This document shows positions 1 to 10,260 of a DNA stretch of 64,000 nucleotides, in pieces; position 1 is the stretch's first letter; the number at the start of each line of letters is the position of its first letter. The notes below the pieces were generated by a model that was not told where the DNA came from, searched no databases, and worked only from the letters and a program-made list of their open reading frames with translations. Source of the DNA: a candidate division FCPU426 bacterium (GTDB taxonomy: Bacteria > Oederibacteriota > JAAXVQ01 > JAUVAV01); the NCBI GenBank assembly GCA_030637655.1, contig DAOWGI010000027.1, forward strand, positions 57,576 to 121,575, given 5' to 3'. The position numbers and the translations under genes were made by a program.

Positions 1-1120
1 TAATCGCTTGGGCCGCTTCGGTCCAACCCAAGTGCTCCAGCAGCATAACGCCTGAGAGTATTAATGATCCTGGATTCACTTTGTCCTGACCAGCATACTT
101 TGGCGCTGTCCCATGCGTGGCTTCAAACAAGGCTACTCCATCTGCCAGGTTGGCGCCTGGGGCCATACCCAGACCACCTACTTGGGCGGCACAGGCATCT
201 GAGAGATAATCCCCGTTGAGGTTTGGAGTGGCAATCACCGAGTATTCATCCGGACGTAATAACACTTGTTGAAACATGGCGTCGGCAATCCGGTCTTTAA
301 TCAGGATTTTTCCTTCCGGCATTTTGCCGGCATACTTTTCCCATAAATCCTTCTCACTAATAGTCTCTTCCGCAAATTCCAGAGCAGCCACCTCATAACC
401 CCAGTCACGAAAAGCACCTTCGGTAAATTTCATGATGTTGCCTTTGTGCACCAAGGTCACATCAGGGCATTGGTGTTCAATCGCATAACGAATGGCAGCG
501 CGCACGATACGATGTGTGTTTTTCCGGGTCATCGGTTTGATGCCGATTCCTGCTTCTTCGCTCACCGGTTTACCCAATTCATGCGTGATAAAACCCGCCA
601 GTTTTTTTGCTTCTTCGCTGCCGGACGGCCATTCAATCCCGGCATAGACATCCTCCGTATTTTCGCGAAAAATCACTACCTTCAGTTTCTCCGGATGTTT
701 GACCGGAGCAGGCGTGCCTCCATAATATCGCACCGGACGAACGCAAGCATACAAATCCAATAATTGGCGCAAACTTACATTTAAGGAACGAAAAGCTCCT
801 CCCACCGGCGTGGTCAACGGCCCCTTGATAGCTACGCGGTATTTCCGGATGGCCTCCAGGGTTTCGTCCGGCAAGGCCGAAACTCCGGCGTTTACTGCTT
901 TTTCACCGCATAAAATTTCCATCCATTTGATTTTTTTTCGGCCGTTATAGCTTTTAGCCGTTGCCGCGTCCAGCACTTGTTGGGTGGCTGCCCAAATATC
1001 CGGACCAATGCCATCTCCCTCAATAAAGGGAATAATCGGTTTGTCCGGAACCTGCAGCGAATTTTCTTTCCAGCCAATTATCTGACCGCCTGGTGGCTCC
1101 TCATAATTTAACTTCCGCAT
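1..1120 (-). CDS. icd: NADP-dependent isocitrate dehydrogenase (3' end runs off window)
   Basis: Manual translation from ATG at 1120 gives [13 protein letters not shown]...[16 protein letters not shown]...[12 protein letters not shown]...SLNV...[14 protein letters not shown]...[13 protein letters not shown], the E. coli-type IDH signatures. Missing from the ORF track because there is no stop in the window. Confidence 0.95.
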   Translation of the reverse strand, partial: MRKLNYEEPPGGQIIGWKENSLQVPDKPIIPFIEGDGIGPDIWAATQQVLDAATAKSYNGRKKIKWMEILCGEKAVNAGVSALPDETLEAIRKYRVAIKGPLTTPVGGAFRSLNVSLRQLLDLYACVRPVRYYGGTPAPVKHPEKLKVVIFRENTEDVYAGIEWPSGSEEAKKLAGFITHELGKPVSEEAGIGIKPMTRKNTHRIVRAAIRYAIEHQCPDVTLVHKGNIMKFTEGAFRDWGYEVAALEFAEETISEKDLWEKYAGKMPEGKILIKDRIADAMFQQVLLRPDEYSVIATPNLNGDYLSDACAAQVGGLGMAPGANLADGVALFEATHGTAPKYAGQDKVNPGSLILSGVMLLEHLGWTEAAQAI

Positions 1121-1123
1121 ACC

Positions 1124-2515
1124 TTAACCTCTTTCATGATGCGCGACGCCGACCCATTCGGAAAAGTGAATGCGTGCCTGCTCCCACATTTCTTCATCCG
1201 AAATACCTGTGACACGGCCGTCTTCATACTCTTTATCCACCCATTCTTTGATGGCAGTAACGCCGGGATCTTTTTTCTCAATCTTGAATTTTTCCGGAAT
1301 TTTCAAACGGGCATTGATCCAATAGGCAATACCAGCCGCCCCGGATTTGTCCATGATCCCAATATCCACCGGACGATTCAGCACTTTTTCCGTATCAAAA
1401 ATATTGTATATTTCATGATCTTTCATCAAACCATCAGCATGGATGCCTGCTTTGGTTACATTAAAATTGGCTCCCACCAACGGCTGATTGGCCGGCACTT
1501 TGTAATTCATCTCTTTTTCAAAGTATTCAGCCACTTCGGTGATCACCGAAGTATCCATCTCCGCCATATCGCCGCGCAGTCCGATGTATTCGATCAGCAA
1601 GGCTTCGATCGCTGTGTTGCCGGTTCGTTCGCCAATGCCCAACAAGGTTCCATTGACTGCTGAACACCCGTACATCCACGCGGCTACTGAATTGGTTAAA
1701 GCACGATAAAAATCATTATGACCATGCCATTCCAAAAGTTCGGAAGGTACTCCGGCGTATTTAACTAAACCATGAATAATTCCATTCACATTTCTGGGAA
1801 GCATGACGCCCGGCACACTCACACCATAGCCTAAGGTATCACAGGCCCTAATTTTAACCGGGATACCGGATTCGCGGGATAAACGCATCAACTCCTGGGC
1901 AAAAGGAACTACAAATCCATAAAAATCAGCCCGGGTGATGTCTTCAAAATGACAGCGTGGAATAACTCCTATTTCCAAAGCGCTGCGCACAATCTCCAAA
2001 TAGCCATCCAAGGCCTGTCGCCTGGTTTTTTTCAGTTTGTTGAAAATATGATAATCAGAAGCAGAGGTAAGAATTCCGGTCTCTTTCAGCCCGAGCTCTT
2101 TTACCAGCTTTAGATCCTCTTTTTTGGCACGAATCCAACCGGTCACTTCCGGGAATTCATGGCCGCGCTCCATACATTTATTCACAGCTTCTTTATCTTT
2201 GTCCGTATACAAGAAAAACTCGCTCTGACGAATAATGCCATTGGGACCGGACATTTTGTGCATCAAATCGAATAATTTGACGATCTGATCCACAGTAAAA
2301 GGAGGCATGGCTTGCTGGCCATCCCGAAAAGTGGTATCTGTGATCCAGATGTCTTCAGCCGGCGTCAAGGGTGATACCCGGTGATTGAAGCACATCAAAG
2401 GCGGCATTTCATACGAATAGATATCCCTAAACAGGTTTGGCTCCTGAACTTCCTGGAGATCATAGCAATATTCTTCCCGCATCAAGGTTCGGCGGTGTTT
2501 ATCAAATTTTATCAT
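1124..2515 (-). CDS. DRE-TIM metallolyase, most likely Re-citrate synthase (IPMS/homocitrate synthase family)
   Basis: Motifs IWITDTTFRDGQQ, RQSEFFLY, HFEDITRAD, EWHGHNDF, GIGERTGN and AGIHADG; no LeuA regulatory domain; directly upstream of icd. Confidence 0.8.
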   Translation of the reverse strand: MIKFDKHRRTLMREEYCYDLQEVQEPNLFRDIYSYEMPPLMCFNHRVSPLTPAEDIWITDTTFRDGQQAMPPFTVDQIVKLFDLMHKMSGPNGIIRQSEFFLYTDKDKEAVNKCMERGHEFPEVTGWIRAKKEDLKLVKELGLKETGILTSASDYHIFNKLKKTRRQALDGYLEIVRSALEIGVIPRCHFEDITRADFYGFVVPFAQELMRLSRESGIPVKIRACDTLGYGVSVPGVMLPRNVNGIIHGLVKYAGVPSELLEWHGHNDFYRALTNSVAAWMYGCSAVNGTLLGIGERTGNTAIEALLIEYIGLRGDMAEMDTSVITEVAEYFEKEMNYKVPANQPLVGANFNVTKAGIHADGLMKDHEIYNIFDTEKVLNRPVDIGIMDKSGAAGIAYWINARLKIPEKFKIEKKDPGVTAIKEWVDKEYEDGRVTGISDEEMWEQARIHFSEWVGVAHHERG

Positions 2516-2567
2516 ACTCTCCCCTCCCTAATTAAATAAATAACCCCCAGTTCCCCGGGGGAGTAAC

Positions 2568-2596
2568 AATATACGAGAGGCCATGATGATTGTCAA
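2568..2596 (-). promoter_or_regulatory. sigma70-type promoter for Re-citrate synthase/icd
   Basis: TTGACA-N17-TATATT on the minus strand, ~55 nt upstream of the ATG. Confidence 0.6.
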
Positions 2597-2618
2597 CCTA
2601 GGAAAGATGCTTTTTGCA

Positions 2619-2772
2619 ACATGTCAGTGAACTAATGGAAAGAATATTAGATTCGCCCCTACGGCATCCGGGGCATTCACGGGCGATTTCGCGATTCGTC
2701 ATCGCCCACTTTCATAGGGGCGATCCTTGTGATCGCCCTCACATCACAGATGATTACATGCTTTGCCCCTTC
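2619..2772. repeat. Degenerate repeat cluster: one ACATGTCAGTGA terminal repeat plus GTAG/CTAC-type REP-like palindromes
   Basis: ACATGTCAGTGA at 2619; TTCGCCCCTAC; GGGCGAT...ATCGCCC hairpins; TAGGGGCGATC-CTTGT-GATCGCCCT. Confidence 0.55.
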
Positions 2773-2811
2773 GATATCGTTTGTGATTTTTCTTTCATTC
2801 CTTTTTTGACA

Positions 2812-3360
2812 CTACCTGGATTTATATTCCTGTTTTGTAAACAAACCATTGAAAATCAAGTATATTATTGCCAAAGCAGACAGTGCCAGTAAAAACCACT
2901 TTGTTGCTGATGCAATTGATGCCAACAATAAAAGATTGGCATCAGGAATCCAACCCGCAGAGAGCATTATAATATGTAAGCTGTTTTCAATGTAATCAAA
3001 GGGGATTGCCAATATCGGCAGACTGCAAAGCAAAAAGTGAGTATTAGTCAGTATAGCGCCTTTTCGCAGGGCTAAAAAAGCTAAAACTCCGGCTAAAAAC
3101 AGACCATAGGTTGCTGCATATATAAAATCCATCCAAATATTTTGCAAATACGATTCAATTCCATCAGAACCCCAAATGGCTATTATCTTTAATGCTCTGG
3201 TTACTTTAAAGGACAATTGTAATTCCGGGAGGTATTTGCTCACTTGTGGCAATTGACTGAACTGCATGGTACAGAACATGCCTATCATGGCAAGTCCGGA
3301 AACAAGAATAATTGGGAGGCGGGAAATTTTTTTATATATATATTGAAGAAACTGGTACAT
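2812..3360 (-). CDS. Hypothetical integral membrane protein (~4 TM)
   Basis: 182-aa ORF with hydrophobic segments and DFIY / FDYIEN motifs; GGGGGA RBS. Confidence 0.75.
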   Translation of the reverse strand: MYQFLQYIYKKISRLPIILVSGLAMIGMFCTMQFSQLPQVSKYLPELQLSFKVTRALKIIAIWGSDGIESYLQNIWMDFIYAATYGLFLAGVLAFLALRKGAILTNTHFLLCSLPILAIPFDYIENSLHIIMLSAGWIPDANLLLLASIASATKWFLLALSALAIIYLIFNGLFTKQEYKSR

Positions 3361-3413
3361 ATTTCCCCCCTAAAATATGTGATCAGGCTGAAAATCCAAA
3401 TCTTTGGTGATTG

Positions 3414-4178
3414 CTACTCATCTTCCCAAATCTCAGAAGATCGTACCCAACCTTTATAACCCTCTTGCGCTAACCCGATCGCTTTCCACTCTTTTTCATA
3501 ACCTAATACCAGGACCTCGCGTCCTTCGGGTACGGTAAATCCAACCTGATTCTCTTCGCCTGGTCCATTGCGTGCTTCAGCTTGATTCACGACTATAACC
3601 CCCCAGCGCACATTACGCTCTTTTACTATACGCAGGCAGGCCCAAGTCGCCAGCAGCAAAAAAACAACGCCAATTATACTTCCGGTCCATCGCCAAAAAA
3701 ATCCTTTGCCGCGCTGCCAAATAAACATTGCTATACTGCTACAAAAAATAATATATGTAACCAGTGCCAAGAGTGCCAAGGTCTGCCCGGAAAACCGCTG
3801 CATAAGCGCTTGGAAAAGTTTGGTCAGAACACCGGTTTTATCTTCCGGTCGTGGTACCATGCTCCTGGCGTACTTTAAATTATACTGGATATCCGCATCG
3901 CCAGGTGCCCGTTTTTGTGCTTGACGATAATAAGCAATCGCTTTTCCAATATGTCCGTATTTAAATTCCGTGTTACCTAAATTATAATACAATTGAGAAC
4001 TTTCCAAACCCTGTTTTTTCAACTCCAGATATTTCTTAAGGGCTTGAGTATATTCCCCTTGATCATACGCTATTCTGGCTTCTTCCGCTTTTTGCTCAAA
4101 AACACCCTGTACTTCCTGCGCCCGGCTCCAGGAGGTCATGTTTACTATAACGATAAGAAGGAAAAAAACTCTTTTCAT
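3414..4178 (-). CDS. batE: BatE-like TPR + SH3 domain protein
   Basis: Signal peptide, TPR (LYYNLGN...GKAIAYYRQA), two TM helices, C-terminal SH3b-like end (GWV); last Bat gene; start set at MKRV after AAGGAG. Confidence 0.8.
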   Translation of the reverse strand: MKRVFFLLIVIVNMTSWSRAQEVQGVFEQKAEEARIAYDQGEYTQALKKYLELKKQGLESSQLYYNLGNTEFKYGHIGKAIAYYRQAQKRAPGDADIQYNLKYARSMVPRPEDKTGVLTKLFQALMQRFSGQTLALLALVTYIIFCSSIAMFIWQRGKGFFWRWTGSIIGVVFLLLATWACLRIVKERNVRWGVIVVNQAEARNGPGEENQVGFTVPEGREVLVLGYEKEWKAIGLAQEGYKGWVRSSEIWEDE

Positions 4179-4220
4179 GCGCTTGCTCCTTGCCAAACAG
4201 TCATTACCTGTTTGGCAGCT

Positions 4221-6104
4221 CTATTTACTTAAAATCCGGCCCAATTGCGTTAATAATTCTATAGCCTTTTGTTCATCCGCGGCCATGGCTGCGGATTCGC
4301 GTTCACTGGGCGCAAACCGGGCAAAATCGGTTTCATCAAACAATTCCGACAGTTCGGTTATTAGTTGTTCCTTGGCTCCGCGCTTATGCAATTGCCACAG
4401 AATTTCTCTCTGGGTAATACCACTGCGGGAGGCTCCCATCTCATCAGCCAGGTAACCTATTAAAGCTTGCGCCAAGGCTGCATAGAATTCCTTGGCATCG
4501 TGCCGCAAACGCGCGCTGCTGGCCTGTTTTAAGGCCCTTTGCGCGCTGCGACCGGCAGTTATTTTTCGGGCATACCGGGGATCTGCTGCCAAGCGATCGC
4601 GCTGTTTTTGCCAGGCCCGGAAACCCAATAATCCCAGCGGAGGAAATAAAAAACCCGCGATCCAAAATAGCGGAGGCAAAGGCGGTGCTTCGGGATGCAG
4701 AGGAATTTCGGTTTTCAGATAACGGATATCCTGGGCAATAATTTTAACACCCGCTCCTGTAGTCTGCGGTAGAGTGCCAACTACCGGAACCAGCGTAGGC
4801 ACTTCCCCGGGCAATACTTTCAAATGCAGACTGGGCACTTTGACCTGTTCAAATTTTTTCCGGCGCGGATTGAAATAACTGTACGTTATCGGTGGAATGG
4901 ATAATGTTCCAGTGACTTCCGGGCGCAGCAAGGTGCGATATATCTTCACCCCTTGAATAGTATCCGCTTTTTTTTGTACTTCAGACGAGGAAATCGTCTC
5001 ATACACTTTAAATCCGGTAAGCGGCGGCAACCGCGGTTTGCCCACGGATTTCACATTACCTTGACCAAAAATACGCACTTCTAAGGTAACCGCCTCTCCC
5101 ACCTTGGCTTCTGTGCGGTCCAGGCCGGCTGACAGGGACCACTTGCCCACGGTTCCGGTAAAATCCCGGGGCCGTTTTGTGGCTGGTACTGGTTGTACCT
5201 GCATGGTAATCGGTTTGGATTGCAGGTTAACCCGTTGTCCGGTAGAAAAAAAGTTTCTAAAAAAACTATCGGAAAAAGGATCCCGTATCTTGCGCTGAAA
5301 ATCCTGGATATGCACAGTCAGCTCTGCCGGTCCAATAGTTAGCTTCCCAGATGTGGTCGGAAACAAGACCTGGCGAATCTCAATTACTTTATATTCCCTT
5401 CCCTCAATATGCGTCATGTATTCCCGTTGGGGTGGTAAATCTTCCGCCCAAAAACCACTGGTGTCCGGTGCTGTATACTGAGGTTGTGATAATGCCGGGA
5501 TGCGTGAGTACCAGCGAAATGTCAGAATCACCGGTTCATTGACATACACCGAACGTCTATCCACGGTTGTGGTCACAAAAATCGCTTTGTTTTCTTTTTG
5601 CGCCGCATCGCCAGGTGGTCCTGCTTGAGGTCGCGAGCGCGCCTGAGGCTGTGAGCGCTGTACACTTCCGGGACGACCGGGTGGGGTGAAGCCTTGCGCT
5701 GCCCCGGTAACAGTCATCTGTATGGGCTGGGTGGAATAGGTCTTGCCTTTGTACTCAATACTAATCGGTCCAAGCGTAAATTGACCGGCACGCTTGGGAA
5801 CCATGACATACGTAAATTGCAGTGTTGACGACACTTGGCCGTTAATAAAAGAAAAATTCGAGGAACGTCCTCCCCCGTACACTTGAAAATCCGGTAAATC
5901 CGGAAGCTGGGGCACGTTGCGTAGATTCGCTTTACCCTCGATAGCTACAACCAGTTGTATATGCCGGCCAACACTTGCTTGCTTGGGCTTTACCACCGCT
6001 TTGATGGAAATATCCTGCGCGGATGTCAAGAGCGGCTGATTAAACAGCAACACAGCCAGTCCTATACTAATTTTCAATAGAGATTCCCAAAACAAATGCC
6101 TCAT
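4221..6104 (-). CDS. batD: BatD family protein
   Basis: Signal peptide, repeated Ig-like BatD segments, FTGTVG and G.GNV motifs, C-terminal TM plus ARFAP; position in the Bat operon. Confidence 0.85.
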   Translation of the reverse strand: MRHLFWESLLKISIGLAVLLFNQPLLTSAQDISIKAVVKPKQASVGRHIQLVVAIEGKANLRNVPQLPDLPDFQVYGGGRSSNFSFINGQVSSTLQFTYVMVPKRAGQFTLGPISIEYKGKTYSTQPIQMTVTGAAQGFTPPGRPGSVQRSQPQARSRPQAGPPGDAAQKENKAIFVTTTVDRRSVYVNEPVILTFRWYSRIPALSQPQYTAPDTSGFWAEDLPPQREYMTHIEGREYKVIEIRQVLFPTTSGKLTIGPAELTVHIQDFQRKIRDPFSDSFFRNFFSTGQRVNLQSKPITMQVQPVPATKRPRDFTGTVGKWSLSAGLDRTEAKVGEAVTLEVRIFGQGNVKSVGKPRLPPLTGFKVYETISSSEVQKKADTIQGVKIYRTLLRPEVTGTLSIPPITYSYFNPRRKKFEQVKVPSLHLKVLPGEVPTLVPVVGTLPQTTGAGVKIIAQDIRYLKTEIPLHPEAPPLPPLFWIAGFLFPPLGLLGFRAWQKQRDRLAADPRYARKITAGRSAQRALKQASSARLRHDAKEFYAALAQALIGYLADEMGASRSGITQREILWQLHKRGAKEQLITELSELFDETDFARFAPSERESAAMAADEQKAIELLTQLGRILSK

Positions 6105-6131
6105 CGTATCAAGTGCTCGCTTCTGGTTATA

Positions 6132-7910
6132 TTACCAAGTGGCTTTTCTTCGACCCTCTGGTTGTTGCTGTCGCTTCTGCATGCGTTTTCGGTGCGCGTC
6201 TTTTTCCGCCTCGCGCACCGCGTCGAGTATTGTTTCCGCTTCTTCCGGCCGCATCTCTCCCGGCCGGGGTTTTTTTGGCTCTTTCTCCTCCGGTGTGTTC
6301 TGCTCTTGTCCGGAATCCGCTTTTTGCTCGCCTTTATCATCCGCTTGGTCCGGCTCTGATTCGTCTTTGGACTTGCGCGGATCCTGATCCTTTAGATCCT
6401 GCTCTTTTTTCCGCCCACCAGCTGATTGCTGCTGCTGATTTTTCTGATCCTGCTTATCATCTTTGTTCTGTTGCTCTTGTTGCGACGACGGATTTTTCAG
6501 CATTTGAATCGTCTGAGCTAAATTATAAATCGTATCCTCATCCTGGGGAGCTAATTTTAAAGCTTCCCGGTAATGTTTGGCTGCTTCCTGATATTTTTGG
6601 GAGGCAAAATACGTATTTCCCAGGTTGTACAAAATTTCAGCGCGCATTTTTTCATGCTTACTCTTTAATGCCCGTTGATACGATTTTTCCGCCTCGTCAA
6701 AGCGTTCTTGCTGATGCAGGCTGTTTCCAATATTATAGTTCACCTTGGGCTCATCCGGACTTTTAATTTGCGCCTCCCGGTAGGCTTCCAGCGCTTCTTC
6801 GTATTTGCCTTGTTTATATTTGCGATTTCCTTTATTAACCTCCTCGGCCGTGCCGGCCCAAGCTAATTGCGGTAATAATAGCATAACCAGAAATATAGTT
6901 AACCAGGAACCTTTCCGTTTTGGTAACCAAAAAGCAAAAAGCAATAATAATAACGCGGGCAAAAGTACATATTGATAGCGATTCTCGTTTGCTCCGTATT
7001 GTCCGCCGGTCACCTCCCGTTTTCGCATTTGCGCTATAAGATCCACAATTTGTTTGGCTTCTAAGCTGCCGTGATGCGCCGGTAAGTATACACCCCCTGT
7101 CATATCCGTGATTTTTTTTAAAGTTGCTTCATCCAATCGGGACATCACAGTTTTTCCATTTTTATCTTTAACATAATCGACGATCTCACCTTTGGCATTA
7201 CGAATCGGTATGGGCTCCCCGCCGGGAGATCCGAAACCAATACTGAGTATTTTCACTCCCGCGGCTTTAGCTTCTTGGGCAGCTTCTATGACTTTCGAAT
7301 CATGATCCTCTCCATCGGTTAGCAAAACCAAAACACGGTAGCCTTCTGATCCCTCAGGAAAAATTTCCAAGCCGGCCCTAATGGCGGTCCCCAATTCGGT
7401 CCCAGCCACAGACACGGATTGGGGAGATAAATAGTTTAAAAACATCTTGGCCGCAACATAATCCGTAGTCAGAGGACAGGCCACCTGAGCGGAGCCGGCA
7501 AAAGCAATGATTCCGACCCGATCCCCGCCCAAATGATCAATAAACGCTCCCAGTTCTTGCTGCGCGCGTTCCAGGCGATTGGGACGAACATCTTCAGCCA
7601 ACATGGATTGTGAGACATCCAAGATAATAATGACATCCACACCTTGCCGTAGCACTTCCACCATTTTCACCCCATATTGTGGTCCTGCCAATGATAACCC
7701 GAGCAGAAATAACCCCGCCAAGAGTGCCAGCCCTTTTAGAACCCGGCGAGTATTGGACAGGTCTTGTATCAATTGGTCCACCAAAGACTGATTTCCAAAA
7801 ACCCGCAGATCGCGTTGGCGTTGCCAGCGCGCCCACAGGGCAATGATTACCAGAGCGGGCAGCAGAATTCCCAACACCAGGTAAAAAATAACCGGGTAAA
7901 CAAATTGCAT
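6132..7910 (-). CDS. VWA + TPR protein (BatB-BatC fusion)
   Basis: LAGPQYG, MIDAS DVSQS, PLTTD and LLTDGEDH (BatB), followed by TPRs, a Q/K/D-rich low-complexity linker and EEAETILDAV...W end (BatC); start MQFVYP after GAGG. Confidence 0.85.
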   Translation of the reverse strand: MQFVYPVIFYLVLGILLPALVIIALWARWQRQRDLRVFGNQSLVDQLIQDLSNTRRVLKGLALLAGLFLLGLSLAGPQYGVKMVEVLRQGVDVIIILDVSQSMLAEDVRPNRLERAQQELGAFIDHLGGDRVGIIAFAGSAQVACPLTTDYVAAKMFLNYLSPQSVSVAGTELGTAIRAGLEIFPEGSEGYRVLVLLTDGEDHDSKVIEAAQEAKAAGVKILSIGFGSPGGEPIPIRNAKGEIVDYVKDKNGKTVMSRLDEATLKKITDMTGGVYLPAHHGSLEAKQIVDLIAQMRKREVTGGQYGANENRYQYVLLPALLLLLFAFWLPKRKGSWLTIFLVMLLLPQLAWAGTAEEVNKGNRKYKQGKYEEALEAYREAQIKSPDEPKVNYNIGNSLHQQERFDEAEKSYQRALKSKHEKMRAEILYNLGNTYFASQKYQEAAKHYREALKLAPQDEDTIYNLAQTIQMLKNPSSQQEQQNKDDKQDQKNQQQQSAGGRKKEQDLKDQDPRKSKDESEPDQADDKGEQKADSGQEQNTPEEKEPKKPRPGEMRPEEAETILDAVREAEKDAHRKRMQKRQQQPEGRRKATW

Positions 7911-7943
7911 ACTTAAATCATCCTCTCTGAGAATAGAACAAAA

Positions 7944-8189
7944 GAGCAATAGAAAAAGCTCAATTGCGGTAACATGTCAGTCATGCGTTTTTTTGTTTAT
8001 CATCCATGAATGCAACCCCACCCTGTCATCCCCGAATGCTCTTATCGGGGATATGGTTTAAAAAACCAGATTCCTGCCGAATGCGTCCCTATATATCTTT
8101 TCCGGTCGGGGCCGATTAAACCCTCGGGAATGACAACCTTTGTTAACCGCAATTCGCTGACATGTTACTACTAAATGCTCAAGCTCCTA
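7944..8189. mobile_element. Nested miniature inverted-repeat element (outer shell + TA-flanked inner MITE 7972-8165 + REP doublet)
   Basis: TA|ACATGTCAG...CTGACATGT|TA; internal GTCATCCCCG...CGGGAATGAC; outer end CTAAATGCTCAAGCTCC|TA; near-identical to 10261-10494 and 12509-12672. Confidence 0.75.
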
Positions 8190-9176
8190 GGGAATACGTC
8201 GAAAAACGGTTTGCTGTAACAAGGCGCCCAGCACCAATAATAAAAATCCCGCAGCCAACCAGCCGAAATACAGATCCCGATAGCTGGTGAATTCCACAAT
8301 CTTGTATTCGCTTTTTTCCATGCGATTGATTTTTTCGAATATTTTTGCCAAGCCTTTGGGGTCTTTGGCGCGAAAATACCTGCCATTGGCCGCATTGGCC
8401 ACCCGTCTCAGGGTCTCTTCATCCAGGTCATTTTTCATGGGTACCATACGTGTTCCGTACACTGGATGCTGCATAGGCATCAAACCACCTTCCAACGACC
8501 CTGCGCCTACAGCATATATCTTAATCCCCAGTGCGGCCGCAGCCTTGGCGGCTGTCACCGGATCAATCTGACCCATATTGTTTCGTCCATCGGTCAGAAG
8601 CAGGATAACCCGGCTGGCAGCTTTGGATTCACGCAAGCGATCCGCGGCTGTCGCAATGGCCATACCAATCGCCGTGCCATCCACTTCAGTCATATCAATT
8701 GCAACATGCTTCATATATTCCAGCAAGGCTCTTTTATCCGAGGTCAAAGGGCTCACAGTCATGGAGGTCCCTCCAAAAACAACTAAACCTATTCTGTCTC
8801 GTACACGACTTTCGATAAATTTGAGCGCCACTTCTTTGGCCGCGCCTAAACGATTCTGGGGTTTAAAATCCACGGACCGCATGGAACCTGAAGTATCCAG
8901 ACACAGAATAATATCCACACCTTTGCCTGAAATTTGTTCGGTCTTAAGCCCAAACTGGGGACGAGCCATAGCCGTTACCGTTAAACATAAACCAATAACC
9001 GTAAGCAGCCCTATGATCTCATCCGGACCCAGCCTGGTTTGGGAAACGCTCTTTTCAATACCAGTCAATTCAGGGAAGCGAATCCCGTTCGGTTTGCGTG
9101 CCCGCAACCACCACAATACTGCTAATCCGGCAATTGGAAGCAGAAGTAAAAACCACCAGGGATTCGCGAACTTCAT
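8187..9176 (-). CDS. batA: BatA VWA domain protein
   Basis: MKFANPWW N-terminus, ARPQ, MIDAS DTSGS, GTAIG and LLTDGRNN, C-terminal RRIP; ATGA overlap with the upstream gene. Confidence 0.9.
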   Translation of the reverse strand: MKFANPWWFLLLLPIAGLAVLWWLRARKPNGIRFPELTGIEKSVSQTRLGPDEIIGLLTVIGLCLTVTAMARPQFGLKTEQISGKGVDIILCLDTSGSMRSVDFKPQNRLGAAKEVALKFIESRVRDRIGLVVFGGTSMTVSPLTSDKRALLEYMKHVAIDMTEVDGTAIGMAIATAADRLRESKAASRVILLLTDGRNNMGQIDPVTAAKAAAALGIKIYAVGAGSLEGGLMPMQHPVYGTRMVPMKNDLDEETLRRVANAANGRYFRAKDPKGLAKIFEKINRMEKSEYKIVEFTSYRDLYFGWLAAGFLLLVLGALLQQTVFRRIP

Positions 9177-10201
9177 GGCTTCTGTTTCTCCTCTTGCTCC
9201 TGTTGTTGTGTTTCCTGCATTATCCGCGTAGTATGCTCCACGGCTTCGTAGATTTGTATCCAATCCGCTTGCGCTTCTTTTTCCATTGGCTGAAATTTAG
9301 CAAACTTGACCATATCACTTTGTTCCAATACATTACGAATCGCATTCACATCCTGGCGGGGGATGGCTGTTCCTTTGATTTCCCGCAGCAACTCATGTGT
9401 CGTGCGATCAATGGCCGGAATACGGAACTGGTTTTCAATGTAATGTCGTGCTATCCCTGACAGTTCACTATAATACTTCTTCCATTGCCCCTTTAAAATA
9501 AGCGTTGAGTTTCGCAAAGCCAGCAAGCGTTCTTTGGCAATTTCATCGGCCGGCCGGGTCGGCGCTGCCGACGCTTCGGTCTGTTGCCTTAGCTTACGAT
9601 ATCGGTCAAACCAAAACAGCGCCGCGGCAAGCACACCTGCTGCCAACAACACACTGCCCAGCAACCACCAGGACGTCATTCCTCGCGGATCCTTAAGACC
9701 GCGTATTTTTCCCGGTTCATCATTCTCTCGTGGCAACAGGTGCTTTACTTTAATTATTATCGGCGCAGAATGAAATTCCGAAGCTTTTCCATCCGGGCCG
9801 GAAAACTTTTGGATCAAAGCGGGTATCTGCACTTCTCCTGACACAAAGGTTTGCAGAGTTAAAATATCTTTACGCACAAATTGCCCGTTCACATAGTCGG
9901 GTTTGCCAAGTTGGGCATACACCACTTCCCAATCATTTAGTGTTTCCGGATACTCCATTTTTTCCAGCGTGATCGAGGGTTGCGCTTCAACCAAAACCTC
10001 CACGAGCACACGATCCCCTATTTTGGGATTTTCGGTCATGGGTGTAAGTGTAATACGCATTGGACCCTGAATGTCCGGACAACGCCTGGCAGTCACTGTG
10101 GCGCTGATTGCGTCAGCTGCTCCGCGCTCTATTTTCACGGCTGAACCAGAACCCGGCAGCCCTAACACTATGGCAATAAATAACAGCACTATTTTTTTCA
10201 T
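9173..10201 (-). CDS. Membrane-anchored protein of the MoxR/Bat operon (DUF4381-like)
   Basis: Signal peptide, TM helix, then YYSELS..RHYIE...DRTT.EL...SDMVKFAK, typical of the gene between DUF58 and batA. Confidence 0.75.
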   Translation of the reverse strand: MKKIVLLFIAIVLGLPGSGSAVKIERGAADAISATVTARRCPDIQGPMRITLTPMTENPKIGDRVLVEVLVEAQPSITLEKMEYPETLNDWEVVYAQLGKPDYVNGQFVRKDILTLQTFVSGEVQIPALIQKFSGPDGKASEFHSAPIIIKVKHLLPRENDEPGKIRGLKDPRGMTSWWLLGSVLLAAGVLAAALFWFDRYRKLRQQTEASAAPTRPADEIAKERLLALRNSTLILKGQWKKYYSELSGIARHYIENQFRIPAIDRTTHELLREIKGTAIPRQDVNAIRNVLEQSDMVKFAKFQPMEKEAQADWIQIYEAVEHTTRIMQETQQQEQEEKQKP

Positions 10202-10260
10202 GTTCTTATCTTCATTTCGTTCCTGGTTTCTTCGCTTCAATCTCCGGGCTGAGTACTTCC

